Assembly (NCBI RefSeq): GCF_902713615.1
Contig: NC_052149.1
Coordinates: 106,866,989 to 106,930,988 of the forward strand
Direction: 5' to 3'
Length of the DNA stretch: 64,000 nt
DNA from: Scyliorhinus canicula
Lineage: Eukaryota
Part shown: piece by piece, positions 63,945 through 64,000 of the stretch
Layout of the letters: each line of letters opens with the position of its first letter
Position numbering within the stretch: the stretch's first letter is position 1
Notes under the pieces: generated by a model
Told to the model about the DNA's origin: nothing
Databases searched by the model: none
Seen by the model: the letters and a program-made list of their open reading frames with translations, nothing else
Position numbers and translations under genes: made by a program

Positions 63945-64000
63945 GTTATGTCTCAGCAAAGAATTTCTGAATAAGGAAGACACCTGGATGTTCTGTTCAG

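Overview
Eukaryotic, repeat-dense vertebrate DNA, almost certainly from a cartilaginous fish (catshark/Scyliorhinus-like), judged by abundant HE1/V-SINEs, DeuSINE-like SINEs and an APOBEC4 clearly orthologous to the tetrapod protein. The only protein-coding gene I can support is an intact APOBEC4 encoded in one coding exon (20900-22018, +, 372 aa, HPE...PCNERTHYC Zn motif). Most of the rest is intergenic or intronic sequence filled with SINEs, L1/Tx1, CR1, RTE, Rex1 and Penelope remnants, Gypsy fragments and solo LTRs, and a PIF/Harbinger-like family (GC-rich MITEs with 3-bp TSDs plus decayed transposase and Myb-like ORF2). Nearly all other ORF-track entries are repeat-derived or chance ORFs. 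I could not securely identify a novel biological system. The best unexplained signals are a degenerate ~4-unit tandem array at 51.6-58.1 kb with retained minus-strand splice-like motifs, a canonical RFX X-box at 58713-58726 with a candidate first exon pointing into that array (antisense to APOBEC4), and a near-perfect 95-nt hairpin at 29262-29356. All calls are by eye without alignments or searches; repeat boundaries and family names are approximate unless a TSD or TIR is quoted.
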